Below the pieces are notes generated by a model. The model was not told the origin of the DNA. It did no database searches and worked only from the letters and a program-made list of their open reading frames with translations. Both the position numbers and the translations under genes were made by a program. Shown here piece by piece: positions 1-13,089 of a stretch of DNA of 64,000 nucleotides (its first letter is position 1; every line of letters begins with the position of its first letter). Origin of the DNA: Amoebophrya sp. A120 (taxonomy: Eukaryota; Protista; Dinoflagellata); the NCBI GenBank assembly GCA_905178155.1, contig CAJINV010000009.1:186001-250000 (forward strand). Direction: 5' to 3'.

Positions 1-1349
1 CTGTGCCATCAAGACGCCTGCCGCCTGCTTGACTTCCAAAATACGGAAGAAGATGAAAAGAATGTACAATTTTGAGGAGCATGATAGGACTAGACACGTA
101 TCGAAACAGCATAGTGCCAGACTCTTGTTAGCATCGCACAGAAAAGCAACAGGAACCAAGTGCTGCGACAGATCTTGAAAACTTAGATTTACGGAAGGGG
201 TTTACATTACCTTTTATGCTACTGCGAAATTAAAGGTTTTCTTCAGTATTTCGCTGCGTGAAAGAATAGATTGTGATCCTATGCCAGTAATACTTTACCG
301 GCAAATTGCGTGGAAGATTAGGTGGATCCGTTTCTTTTTCATGTATCGCATATCTTTGGAACACCATAGATTTCTGTCTCCAGCCTGGTTCTAACACGAC
401 AACATCATACTGGCTGTATTTGCTACTTGAAGGGCAACAAACCGGCTAAAAAAGGTTGATGCCGAAACCATCAGCGCGAACCCGTGTGAAATGTTTTTTC
501 TCTGTAGAGGAGTCAATATGTCCTAATAAACGATTTGATTGCGGCACAAGCATTCCAGTAAATCTTTCCTCCTATGTACCCCCGAAGCCGGAGAAGTATG
601 CATCTCCTTCTATTGTCAAATGAATTATAGTGTGGAAGGAAAAATCTGATGAGTAAATCCGCGGGCGCGCGGCTACTCTGATTTGGTATGAAAATGCTTC
701 AAATTGTTGCGGACGAGAATTTTGCGATAGATGCTCTAACCTACGACGATGTTAGGGTCAAAATCAAGTTAAATTCGACAAATGTCCAGGAAAATGTACC
801 ATGTAGAAGTGATGGAATTTTGACTCGTGATGAAACCGGGACGAGAAGTAAACTTTACCGATTAGTTGCCTCCACGAAAAATTTATTACCCTTCTAGGCG
901 CAAACACGATCAGGCGATCGCTTTGCGCCGCTAGCCACAACGACTATACAGAGCGACGGTATAGCTTTATCCTTCGAGCGAAGAAGATACCACCAGCACG
1001 ACCTAATTTTTGAAGTTGGGACCCTTTTTTTCTATTGATTTCAGACATTACAGGAAGTCATAGATTATATGTGAAAGACAAAGAATGTAACCCCATAGGA
1101 TCATCCTGATATTACGACTACATGAAGGTACTTAATCTAGCACCGAAGATCTTCACAGTCAGCGACAGCATGTGAATCACCGCCGACGTAGCGCGAGTCG
1201 ATAATGAACGACAAAAACAAAAAGAAGATTAAACACGACATCAACGCGAAGGCCAAACTTTGGAGCCAGGTACGCCTGTACCCAGGGAAAAGATTTTGGA
1301 TTGTTGTTCGTTTGTTGAAGAAGCAAGAAGTAGTGTCTGTCGAACGTGA

Positions 1350-1370
1350 AGAGAGAGAGAGAGAGAGAGA
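1350..1370. repeat. (GA)n microsatellite
   Basis: About 10 GA units. Confidence 0.85.
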
Positions 1371-1700
1371 CGGGGTGAAAATGAGGTGACGGAAGGAATT
1401 CGCTTGAGAAGAGAGGAAACTGAGGAGTGAAGAAGATTCGCATATTATTACGTTCGTTGAGCGAATTGATAGTAGTTCTACTCTGCCTTCGTCTGTTGCA
1501 TTCTTCTTGAAGTTTTCCAAGTCCATGGCTCCAATATTTTTTGTCTTTCGCAGAGAGAGCGCAGCGGGAGCGCGAGCTTTTCCTTTGCCTTTCCCGTCGA
1601 AGAGCATAAAGGAAGATCGAGCTTTTCATAAACCTAGACCAGTAAAGATAATTTAGTGTGGACCACCAAAGGCGAATAATTAAAGAAGTAACACACGAAA

Positions 1701-4700
1701 ATGGCTACGCGAAAGAATAAGTCCGGTCCCGGCAATAAAGAGTGGCTCCGAAATGTGGACACGTCGCCACTGCCGACCATTCCACACAGGAAACTGCGGG
1801 AGACCGGGCCGACTGGTAAGTGCCACAAGGATCATATTTTTCGATGGTGCTGTCAATTAAGTATAATTTCAGAGTCATGTGTATGAAAAGAGTCATCGTT
1901 TCCCTGATGCTGATCTATTCCGGACTATAATTTGTTCGGAAAAAGAACAAGCCACAAAATCAAAATGCAGGCACCGACATTACCTTCGGCACCCGGAAAC
2001 GGCCGTTGGGGACAAACAAGACAAGTAAAGGCAAGCCCGATGGCTTGATGTCAACCTACACCTCCAGTGGGTCGAATACCGTGAAGTATAACGATGCGGG
2101 CCTTATGGAATCTGCGCATTACGCCCAGCCGCCGACGAACGGCATCGCGGGGCCGCCGAAAAACGGGAATGGGGGACCACCTGCGGCAAGCCCGGTCTCC
2201 AGTGTCGCTACGCCGGCACCAGGGAATAATTTGAGCCCACCGAGGGTGACATCCTCGGACGAAGGCACCAGTCCAGTGGACGGTCCCGCGGAGTCGGAGA
2301 GCCGTAGCGAAAACGCACGGGGGAGCAGCGCCTCGGAAAGGAGCCCCGTCGGGGCAGTAAACTTCGCGAGTCACCCAGTAGCCCCGAAAAACCCGGTGTC
2401 GGTCCAGCCTGGCATGAACATGAATATCTTGGCACAGGATGAAGTGCCATATAGATTGCGCTGCATGGGAGACCCAAGCAGGTAGCTTCACACAACTCAT
2501 TGATTTGCTCCATAATTCCAATTCATTAGAGTCGATGTCGAAGTCGATGCTTTTTTTCTATCACTATCCTGCACAACGAACTGCGAACAGCGGTGTCGGT
2601 GTGGATGTTGTATTTACTTACTTACAATACATATCCATTTTGCTGTTGGGAAAACCAAACTCACAGGACGCATCGCATTCGCACTACTACCTTCCTGGGC
2701 CGTTCGAGGAAGAAGCTCCGGCCCACGGACTTGTTACTGGAAGCACAGGACGTCTCGAAGATCCACTGCTCCATCACGACAATCGGTAATGCCATCGCGG
2801 GCTACAAGCTCAGTGTAGTCGTTGCGGAATCTGCGAAAGCTCCCGTCAGTGTGAACGGGGCAAAGCTTAGGGAGAAGGGAAAGCCATACCCACTCAAGGT
2901 CTGAGTCTGACAGATGATCATCTTGGATTTTATTCACTTTAATAGTCAGGTGATGAAAATCAAAATGATAGACAAGCGCACGAGCGTCTTTATATCTAAA
3001 TGAATGTTGCAGTTGTACTTGAATGTGTTTGTGTAGACGCTTTCTTTATCTTTCCCTACCCCTGGTTGCATCTAAGTGGCAAGAACTAGGAGATCTGCTC
3101 AGCTTGAAAAAACAGGTGGGCGATGTGCTTCTCGTCGGTTTGCGTGAGATGTGGAAGTTGGAGCGCAACGCCATCGAGGAGACCGCGGTCAAACCGGTCG
3201 TCGATGAGCTTGAGCTCTACGAGGCCCACAACGAGTTCCTGCAACTAGCCATTTCTGACGTTGAAACCTACAGAAATGTACGATACTTTTGTCATGTGTT
3301 TGCAATGCAAAATGTAGGCAAGTGTACCTTTATTGTTGCTTTCGGCATTGAAGTTCAAGATAAATCCATCTGCTTAGTATGAGGAGCATTAGCATTTACT
3401 AAACCTCGCAGATCTGCCGTTGTTCCGCCTGGATGGATTTTATCGCAATCATCGTCGAGCTTTCCGAGAAGGAGCAGGCGCTGCAACGGCGGCGCAACAG
3501 TAAGCACCAGCAGTCGATGCGAGAGCACAGCATGAGCAGCTCATACGCAAATACAACGACCACCATGATGGGGGGTAGTGCGAACGAGTCCGGTTCGTTT
3601 TTCCGACGGACGGATAACACGTTGATCACGCTGGAGACCGACCCTTCGAATGCGAACATGACCGCGGGCGGAAACGGTTTTTACGCAACCGGGACCAACA
3701 ACAGTACGAACAACGACAAACCCGGCGGCTGGAGGAACACGAACGTCAACGTGAATCGCAGAAGTACGGACAACGAAAACACGAACTTGACGAATACGTT
3801 CTCCTCGAACTCCACCAATACGAAAACGCAGCAGGAGTTCCAGAAAACCCTGTCCACGTTCGGGACCACAAACTCCACCACGAACGAGGAAAATCATAAC
3901 GAGGAACAGCCAACACAGGAACAAATCAACCCCGAGGAGCAGCCGACGATGGAAAATTACTTCCCCTCCGGGTTCGGTGAGGTCAACGGGCGACCGCCGG
4001 CGGGCGAAATGCCGTCCAGGGAGCAGCCACAGCACCAGTCTGGCTCACAGGTGGAGAACGAGTTCCCCAGCTTCACCGAGGTATTCACTGCAAAACGATA
4101 TCGTGCTCGTTGTACTTTTAAAAAAACTTTAATCATGCATAATTATACGGAGCTACTGGTACTGCCTTCCGTATCCGTTCCTCTTCTACTTACGCGTACC
4201 TAAAAAAACCTGCATGGCACATTTCTTTGATTTTTCAGGTTGAAAAAAATTATCTATTATGCAAAAATATACCATTAGATTTAGAGTGTAACATAGTAAT
4301 GGTGCGATATTCTTGCAATGCATACAAGGCCGCAAACACGGATTTCGACCACAACACCGAAGTGGACGACGGGGCGGGAACCATGGTGGAACACCCAAGG
4401 TGTGCGGACCTGATAGAAGTGCTGGACGAGGTACTCGAGAGGATCTTTCCTTTTCTCACGGTGGCGTAATCACGTTGTCATGTAATGTTGGAAAAAAGAT
4501 AGGTTTTTTTCCCTGAAGTTGTTGAAAGAAAGTGAAACCGCGACTGAGCACAAAAGAAAAACAACACAAAACCAGGTCGGGCACGTTCTGTACACCTTCG
4601 GTCCGCTCTCTTCTTTCGAGGAAATGACTGACTTTGACCTGGACGAGATTCGAGAGGTGCTCGCACCCGGGCTCTTTCTCCGCATACACTTGTGCTTTTT

Positions 4701-4818
4701 TCCGCCCCTTGTCACTGCCTGCGCCGAATGGCTGGACCAGGGCACGCTGAAAGCGATGCAAAGCCTGGTCGGCGGGGGTGACCCGAGAAGTCTGGAACGG
4801 CAGGCGCTGATGGGCTAG
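1701..4818 (+). CDS. FHA-domain protein, multi-exon (about 6 introns)
   Basis: Joining exons across GT-AG introns (1816-1970, 2482-2666, ~2899-3115, ~3278-3411, 4081-4328, ~4461-4575) gives one frame. It contains FLGRSRKK..DVSKIHCSI..VSVNGAKL..LKVGDVLLVG, matching the GR / SxxH / NG / LxxGDxxxxG pattern of FHA domains. Confidence 0.7.
4082..4324. mobile_element. Decayed family-4 introner with canonical GT-AG boundaries
   Basis: Left end is TATTCACTGCAAAACGATATCG. The reverse complement of the right end, TATGCATTGCAAGAATATCGCAC, matches the family-4 end at 9036 at 21/23 positions. Flanks are CGAGG (4077-4081) and CAAGG (4325-4329). Splicing 4081-4328 (GT..AG) joins SFTE|AANTDF. Confidence 0.75.
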
Positions 4819-5916
4819 GTTGGCTCTGGAGTGGATGTGGGAAGTAAACGAAACAAGTGACTAGATTTGGTTGAAGACATCTCTGTACAGTAGAACCAAA
4901 CTGTCGCATCTACTAGGTACAACGAACTTGTGCCTATCTTTAATTCAAGAAATTTGGATCACTCCGTTCTGTAGCTTTAATCCTTACAACTTGTAAAAAT
5001 CTGGCAATGGAAATAATATGCTATCTATCATTCACCTTTTTGGCAACAATTCAATGTCTCGTAGGCGGTCGGAATTATATCACCGGCAGGACGAACTCGA
5101 AGTCGCACAGTGGAACTTTTACTTGTATGATTTACTAGCAAGAACGGAACTTATCTCCTCAACGTGTACATATCTGTTATCAATTTGCAGCTATTTTTCT
5201 CCTCGGAAATTAAGAGAGGCCCAAGATGATGAAGCAGAATGTGGGTCCTGAGTACAGGCTTACATCTGCCGACAGAGCTCGCGGCTTCCTTGTCTACACT
5301 TCTAGAAAACTGCTGCACAGAATCGTATCGCTTTATTGAGCAAATGAGAGACGTTGAGAGAGTTTGCTAGGGGTGAGGATTAGGGTAAACGAGAGAGCAC
5401 AGCTGCTGCATGCGTCCTAATGAATATTTCGTACCCATGGAGAGAGATGAATAGAGAGGGTGACGTCAAGGCAGAGGCAGCGCAACTGTGTAGTTCACAG
5501 TTCTTACGAAGACGAGCTGCCTCAGAGGGCGCGCAAGACACGATTGAGTTTGAGGGAAGGGTCGTATCGTGGATACTTTTTCGTCAATGGTGGGAATCCA
5601 TCGAACTTGATACGCGTATTTCTCACGGGTCGTTATATTGCCTGTCGTCCGTTGTACAGGAATCAGTATCAGTACAGTGCCTGCTTACAACTGTTGACTT
5701 CCGCAACAAACGAAATGAACAGGGGTAAAACTATATGAAGTAAAAGTATTGAAGCCGAATTGATGATAGCTACGGGACAAGGACGAGTTTTTTATCACGA
5801 CGGAGAACGAAGACGATAGTAGTACCCCGCTACTACACTCGTTCTCCGCAACCACGCACGACATATCTACTTCAAGCAGAAAGGAGAATCTTCTACTATA
5901 AAAAGACAACAAAAAA

Positions 5917-8900
5917 ATGTCGCGGCGTCCGATCGAGACCGGGGGTTCCCTGGTGTTCCAGGAGGGTAAGAAGATCGAGGGCGATATCAAATGTAAAAAT
6001 GTCTGGGTCTGGAAGATTCTGAGATTTGTCATGCATGTTTTGCATGACCCAGGATGTCGTAATGCACGACCGCGCATCACAGATTTTGAGAGGGCTCTCT
6101 GATGCCAACTCCGCATGACAAACGCCCTCCCCGCGTGGCACAAATTAGACTCCTCTTGCTGGTCATGCAATACAGATTTTTCTAGAGTCCAAAGTTAGCA
6201 TCACAAGTTCCAATCTTCCAGACCCAGACATTTTTACATTTGATAGGCGAGTACTACATTATTGCGGTCTACGATGACCCGGAAAGAAACACGGTTTCTT
6301 TCTGTATCCTGAGCAAAAACGTACCCACGCCAGAGTTGTAATGCAGATTTGCAAAGACAGGAAGACTTGTAATGCGTATCCCCATGACGAGAGCCATTTC
6401 CAATCGTGTTTTGGAATTTGTGATGCTGTGAACAGGATGAGCAGACGAATCTGTGACGCGGCTGCACTTGCTAACCTGCACTACACTGCAGAGTGCAACT
6501 TGTCATGTGTGACTCACAAAACTCCTAGGCTTGTGTTGCAAAGTCCCCATCTCAACTCTGGGGTGGGTACGTTTTTACTCAGGATATTCTGCGCGTACGA
6601 GCTCGAGACAAACCAGACCTACACGCTGCCGTACACGTATACCGAGCTGGATGAGCTGTTTCGATACAACTCGGAGCTGATGAACCCAACGAACCGCGAC
6701 GCAAGATATCACTGGATCATAGAAAGGTTAGACTTCGTCGTAGCCCTGGACAGCACCAGCTCAGGTACCGAATTTTGCGACGAGTACGAATAAATTTAAA
6801 CATTGACGATCCCAGTGAAAGGGAAGTCAGTGTTTCAAATTCTATGCTCAACGTGTTCTGGGACTTCTATGCGGCTCATTTGCATAGGGATAGGACTGAC
6901 TGCAATTGCCTCATATTTTTCAAAAACAGGTCGAAAGTTGTGTTTAGCACCAGAGCCCACACCTGAGGAGGAGCCACAGGAAAAGAAGAAAAAGAAGAAG
7001 GATGACGCGTATCATACACGTTTATGTGCACTCATGCTTTTCTATGACTTTCTTGGTGAAGCAGCAGCGTTCCGAAAATGTTGTTGTGTTTTTTTTTGCA
7101 TCACATGTCTGCGTGTCAGGCATGTCAAAGCACTTACTTATGCGGATAAAGGGATGATGAAACAATAAAACAGTGGTGCGGGCGGCGGTAAGCTGGACGC
7201 AGCTACACGAGCAAAGCTTATCGCGGAACTCGACACAATGGACGACCACGCGCTTTACATCAGTCTGGTACAAATAGTTGTGTACGATTCCGAATCTGTT
7301 TTATTTTTCTTCTTGATGCTACACATACACTGCCGAAATTCAAATTTCCATCCACACGCTGCGTGTTTGCCAGCTATACCCGAAATCGTTTTCAATTATG
7401 TGAAGATAGATGAAAAAAATCAAAATATTATAACGCTTTGCTCAGGTAAAATCCGAGGAGGCGCGCAAGCAGTTTCTGACGGCTCTGCACGCGAAGAGGA
7501 GGCTAGAGCAGATTAAGGCCGGTCAGCGCTGCCACAAATTAGACGAGGACCAGGAACAGAGGATGAAGAAGCTGCAGCAGCAAAGGGATTTCATCAAGCA
7601 AAAAGCGGTGCAGTACCAGGAGGACCAAAAGGAAAAGAAGATGACCATGGCAAAAATGGCAGAGCTGATGAACCAGGCAGAAAACGAGGCCGTGAAAAAG
7701 TACAAATCACCAAATCAGGCTTTTCGTTTTCTCAAATGTTCGATGTAGTTCATTCTCAATTTCACCATGCGTCTCCGGCGAATGCTCGTGAGAAAACAGT
7801 GTCGACTATGTGTCGAGAATTTACCTCAACTACACGCTTTCGCATTTTTGGCTTTCCATCTCACGCTTTCATCTACATAGATGACATAAATCTCTCGTTA
7901 TCTACATCTACTTTACTTTCAGGGCTCTGAAAAAGAAGGCGGATAAGAAAGCAGAACGTGCAGACTGGCGCGCGGCGAGGCAAAAAGAGCGGGAACGCGA
8001 AGCCGCCCGTGCCAGGAAGGCCAAGGAGCTCCAAGAGGAGCAGTATCGAATGCTTGCGAAGAGACGCGCAATTGTGCAAGAAGAACGAGATATGGTACGA
8101 TTTGGACTTTCTCTCTTTTCTCGACTATTGATGCAGTAAATTTGTTCCGAGGTTGATTCTGTCCTGTGCCCATGATGTTGAATCAACAGTTTCAAGCTGT
8201 ATAGTAAGTTTGTCAGTTCACTACTACAGGTCTTGAAGCAGCGACAGGATGAGATCCTGCGAAAACGGCAAGTTGCGCTAGACGCCCGCTTGCGGCTGCG
8301 GCAGGCCAAGAAAGCGAACGCCCTAGCAAATGCGGAGCGGGAGGAACAGGAGCGCCAAAAGCTGCGGGACGAGCAGGACAGAAGAAAGGAACACTTCAAA
8401 ATGCTCGAAGAAAAACGAATCAACAGCGAGTTGCAGAGGGAAAAGAAAAGAAACGACGAGGTACTACATGGTAGTCGGGCTGATAGATCGTATTGCTTCG
8501 ACATGATCTCCTGCAGGGAAAGGGACGATTTGCACGCGTGTGTTTGCTCGCTTGACAACGAGCTCCTGCCTTGTTGAATTTGTTATGTGTGGTGCTGGGG
8601 GTGGGGCGCGTAAGCGTAATAGAAGTGAAATTCAAAATCAATAAATCTGCTGGATCCTCATTACAGATTCGAGACGTGGTGCTCCAAATCCAAGCTGACC
8701 ACAAGGAGGCCATGTTGGAGAAACAGGAGGAGAAGAAGCGTATGGTCGAGGAAAAAATGGTCAAGGCCGCCTTGGACGCGCGGAAGCGGGCGATGGCCCG
8801 CCAAGCGTTGGAGGAGCACCAAAATTGGCGGAAGCAGCGCGCGCAGGAGATGGCGGAGGAGGAAATGAAGAATGTCAAGGAGCAGGAATGGCTATCCTGT

Positions 8901-10345
8901 GCAAAAGTATGGTACTCGTAGTAATCGCAGTCATGCATGACAAATCTAGCAATCAAGGCGAATCCGCATTACAAATTTGTAATGCTGAGGAAATTTGTAA
9001 TGCATTTATACGAGTGCGATACTTTTGCAATGCATAGTGGCTGCGCCGGCACGATAAGGACGCGGAGAGGGGGGTTCTCGACAAAGAGGATGAAAACGCG
9101 GACGACGCCATTCCCATCGAAGACGAAGAAATCTTGCGCTTGAAATTGGAACAACGGGCCAGGGAGAAGAGAAAAGAAGAACGAGACGTGATACAGGTAT
9201 AATTTTTCGCACATCTTCAATTGTTCTGAATTTTTCCTTAGTGTCTCTCTTCCTATGCGCGGCAAGTTTGATGGCTACCCACGCTAATGGTGATGCAGCT
9301 CGTCCCTGCGATTAAGATTATTTGCGAAGGCGGCGTCTTCGTTGTCCTCGTGATGGTGATCCCCTCCTGCTGTAATTGAAGCCCAACCTTCTAGAAGATG
9401 ATCATGTTGCGTTTTTTGCTTCGACGTTGCGAATAAACGGTTGAAGATCATGGTTGTTCAAATTGATGCTGTTGAAACACCACCACTAACACTAAAAACA
9501 GAAAAAGGCGGACGAGAAAGTCGCGGCGGTCGAGAGCTTGTTTTCCTCGCAGAAACAGCGGAACTTGGCCGAGGCCAAGAAGGCGGAGATCCGGCGGCAG
9601 GCCGATCGAGAGAAGCTGATCAAGAAGGAACGGGAGCGTGTTTCCCGCGAGGAGGCGGCCCTGGCGGCCCGGGTCAAACTGGAGAACGAGAAGCTGGCGC
9701 GGTTGCAAACCCACATGCAGCTGGAGCTGGAGAGAAGGAAGATGGACGCGCTGCGGTTATCAAAGTGAAAAAAGCCCCCACCCCATATCGGAAATGGAAG
9801 ACGCGCGAATTTGTGATGCTGTATTTGAGTACACAAATCGACTTGTATTGCTAGAAGGCCAAGAGACGAAGCTGCGGCCTAAGTTGTAGGTAATCTGTCA
9901 TGCTGTTTCCCACTTCCAGTTGCCTCCTGTCATCCTGGAGCTGCAAGGCTTTCCCACGCTAGACAGCACTACAGTCCGCATCTTTTGCCTTCTAGCATCA
10001 CAAAGCTGATTTGTGACCCCAAATCTGCATCACAGATTTCCGTTTTGATATGGGGAGGGGGCATTTTTCATTGTAATAGCGGTCAGACGAGGACCTGAAA
10101 AAGTGCATCCACCGCGCACAAAACTTGCCGGTTGGCACCTGTCTCAGCGTCAACTTCCTGCCGTTCTTCTAAGCAACTTCGTGTTGACAACATCCTGCTT
10201 CCTCTCCGCTCGAGAAAGATATTATCGGGTGCGGCTTCCGCTTCCTGTGTGTGTTTCTCGCTCGTGTCACCTGATCTTGTTTGTCGGCAGGAGTAGACAA
10301 GATGTGACAAGAGAGGAGATGAAGGACTACACCAGCTTCGACTAG
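5917..10345 (+). CDS. Coiled-coil (E/K/R/Q-rich) protein with a globular N-terminus; 4 introners plus about 8 GT-AG introns
   Basis: Removing the elements at 5985, 6305, 8893 and 9758 and the GT-AG introns gives MSRRPIETGG..KIEGEYYIIAVYDDPERNTVSFCAYELETNQ.., followed by long charged helical exons and ending ..REEMKDYTSFD* (stop 10343-10345). Family not recognised. Confidence 0.7.
5985..6245. mobile_element. Introner family 1 (261 nt), inverted relative to the 21528 and 35494 copies
   Basis: Perfect ~34-nt TIR TATCAAATGTAAAAATGTCTGGGTCTGGAAGATT. Direct repeat GGCGA at 5980-5984 and 6246-6250. Excision restores KIEG-E-YYII. Confidence 0.93.
6305..6586. mobile_element. Introner family 5 (282 nt)
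   Basis: TIR TATCCTGAGCAAAAACGTACCCACGCCAGAGTTG / CAACTCTGGGGTGGGTACGTTTTTACTCAGGATA. Direct repeat TTCTG at 6300-6304 and 6587-6591. Excision restores TVSF-C-AYELE. Confidence 0.92.
8893..9036. mobile_element. Introner family 4 (144 nt)
   Basis: TIR TATCCTGTGCAAAAGTATGGTACTCGTA / TACGAGTGCGATACTTTTGCAATGCATA. Flanks ATGGC/GTGGC (one synonymous mismatch). Excision restores EQEW-L-RRHDKD. Homologous to 34513-34646 in the opposite orientation. Confidence 0.9.
9758..10078. mobile_element. Introner family 3 (321 nt)
   Basis: Ends TATCAAAGTGAAAAAAGCCCCCACCCCATATC / GATATGGGGAGGGGGCATTTTTCATTGTAATA. Direct repeat GCGGT at 9753-9757 and 10079-10083. Excision restores DALR-S-DEDLK. Confidence 0.92.
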
Positions 10346-13089
10346 TACCACCGTGTAACATTCTACTTAATTCCATGACCGGTTATTTAGACAATAGACT
10401 CCATTTAGATATTACGAGAAAATTATCACCTTTATCAAATGCGAATGACTTTGGAATTTATGCTTTAGACACCAGACGACCTGTTGAATGAAAAGAACAG
10501 CATCTAGTTGCAGTAGGTGCAGGTAAAAATTTCAGCAGCTGATCGCTTTTTGTTTCTGACAGCTATGACGAGAGCTTAATGCAAGGAGAAGGATGAAGGG
10601 CTACAAAGCCAATGCATGATACGCACGGCCGTCCAGCTTTGATGAAGAAATGCCATGACCAAAATGCAGCAGATTGTGCCTCGCGTCGGTCGAGGACAAC
10701 AGGCAGGGCAGATTAGGCCGCTGGTTATACGACCACTGAACAATTTAATTTATTATGTTGGTCCACCTTCTTTTCTTGCAGATCAACATCAAGAACGAGT
10801 TTCTGCAAATAAAAACCTGCGTTTAATTCGAGTATAATTGCAAGAAATGTTGTTGTCCAATTCCAATACCATTACAGTATCACGCAAGAATGGACGATGA
10901 ATGGAGCGAAAGCAAGATTTGTATTCTGTTTCGAAATAAACCGCAAACTGTACAAAATTTCTGAAAATGAATACAATAGCCAAAGCAGTAGATCGAAAAT
11001 GCATGTGAGGCTGAAGCGGAAATACTCGCGAGGAAGCCAGTCCCAGTGAGAGTACGTAATGCTGCTGCTTCCACTGGATATGCATATGCGTTCTGCGTGT
11101 TCCTGCAAGCTAGGTACCACTTCGACTAAAAATACGTAGACGAGAGCGACGACTAGAGAACATGGGACACTTTGAAAAATAATAGAACAGACCACGAAGT
11201 GTCACAGTCACAGTCTATTATCTTGGATCCAGAATTTTTCCTAAGAAACTGACCGAATGCCAGTTCCAATGCCATTAACCACGACTGAACACCTTACTTA
11301 TGTAAGTCATCTTGAGCTTGACAGAATGTCGGAAATGTTGGATCCTGTTTGCATACGCTTTCTACCATCACTCTACTACGTTCATCAGGGACACTACAAG
11401 TCGGAGAATTTTTTTTAGACAAATTTACTAGCTTAGTATCGCGGTTTTGTTAGTTTGTACCACTTGGCGCGGCTGTCTCATGAGTTGTGTTTATTTTGGG
11501 TACGTACTTGATCCTTAAAACCGTCGAGGCATTAGAAGTACAATAGTTGCGGGTTGTATTAGTATAATGATCTTCGCTAAGCTTCTAGTAAATCAGTGCT
11601 AAAGAAACTTTAGAAAAACCTCGGCTCACCTCAGACGATTGGGAGCACAGCAGCAGTTCCAATCGAAGAGCCTCTACAGAGCTTGAGCGGATCATAGAAC
11701 GGTCTCCATATGCGCCAAAGCTAGTTGTTATTGCGTCCTAGTTTCACCAAGCAGAAGCAATAAAGCGCGTGTGTGTCATAGCTACGCTGTACTTGGCACT
11801 GATCCAACAACGTAGTCTAGTTGCCTCGCGAACTGATAGTATGAATCAACGGCACATCCTGTTTTCAACCTTCAACGACTTTTTTAGTAGCGACTTTACT
11901 GTTTTTGTTCTGCCCTTCCAGCCTGGAGCCGAGCAGCTAATTTTTTGACTGCGGCACCAAGATTTACCCTTACAAGCGACCCGCTGCAGTGCTATTATTC
12001 ATAATCACATCCGCAACTCTATACCGTGCGCAAGTTTGTTTCCTGATTTTCATCCGATTTCGATTTTTGTCTGATTGAAATATAATATGTATTCTCGAGC
12101 ACGAGCCACAGAACAGTTACTTACTATCTTCTACAGCAACCTAGCGCAGAACGAACCAGAAACATCTTGAACGTGATAGGAGCTTTTATAGCCGCGTAGC
12201 TGCCAACAGTTTCTGGTTGTGTCTGAATAGTTCGTACGTAGAACAAGTTGGTAAAGCCGTAGGGATTTTCGACGTGAATAAGGTTCGTTCGGTAAAGACT
12301 TTTTCAAGCAAGAACTCATATGCTTCTTTGCGACAGCGACTTGCCTCTTTCCATTGCGATAACTGCAGTGAGCAGTAAGAGATCATCTTCGACACAGTAG
12401 TTCGTGTTTCCTGACGCCAACGAAAACGACGACGACGTCTTATCTCTGCCCAGGTTCAACGCAACATCGAACTTCTTCGGCCCAACAACTGTGAGCTGCG
12501 ACCACTCTCGGAGGCGGAATTATGTTGGCGCGACTAGTTGGGGTTGGTGTGATTGAGACTGAGAATACTAGCTACATGCCGGGTCCTCGTGCGGGAAGAC
12601 TAGTAATTGATGCGAAGGAAACAACACGCGGGGCCGAGCAAGTAGAGCGGATCGTAGTTCAAGCTGGGAATAGTCTTTTCGCAGAAACCACTCACCTACG
12701 ACAACTCCGGATCTGTAGATTTGCGCACTCCACTGTCTTTGTGGACGACTTCTGTAAATAAAACGCGATCTTTATTTGGGACCAACATTGTTGGTGGTGC
12801 ACGTCGACCAAGAAAAACAGCGGTGAAGAAGCGATATTTTTTGCGCAGAACTCGACTTTATTTGCCGCCGAAGAAGAATCTATCAACGGGAACCTGCAAT
12901 AGTTAAATTTTGCTGCATCGCCGGGAGAAAGTAAACAGACGCCAAAGCAATTATTCTGGAAACAAGCGGAAATAATCCTCTTTAGCTGAAGATCGCATAG
13001 AAGAAAAAGTACGATTTTGCTGAGAGCGACGCGGGACGTGTCCGACCGCAAAAATCCTCATCTGAGGGGGCTTTTCGCAATAAATCAAT

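Noticed and set aside
1137-1629. Minus-strand ORFs of ~150 aa
   Set aside because: No recognisable domain, they run through a GA microsatellite, and they oppose the local gene direction.
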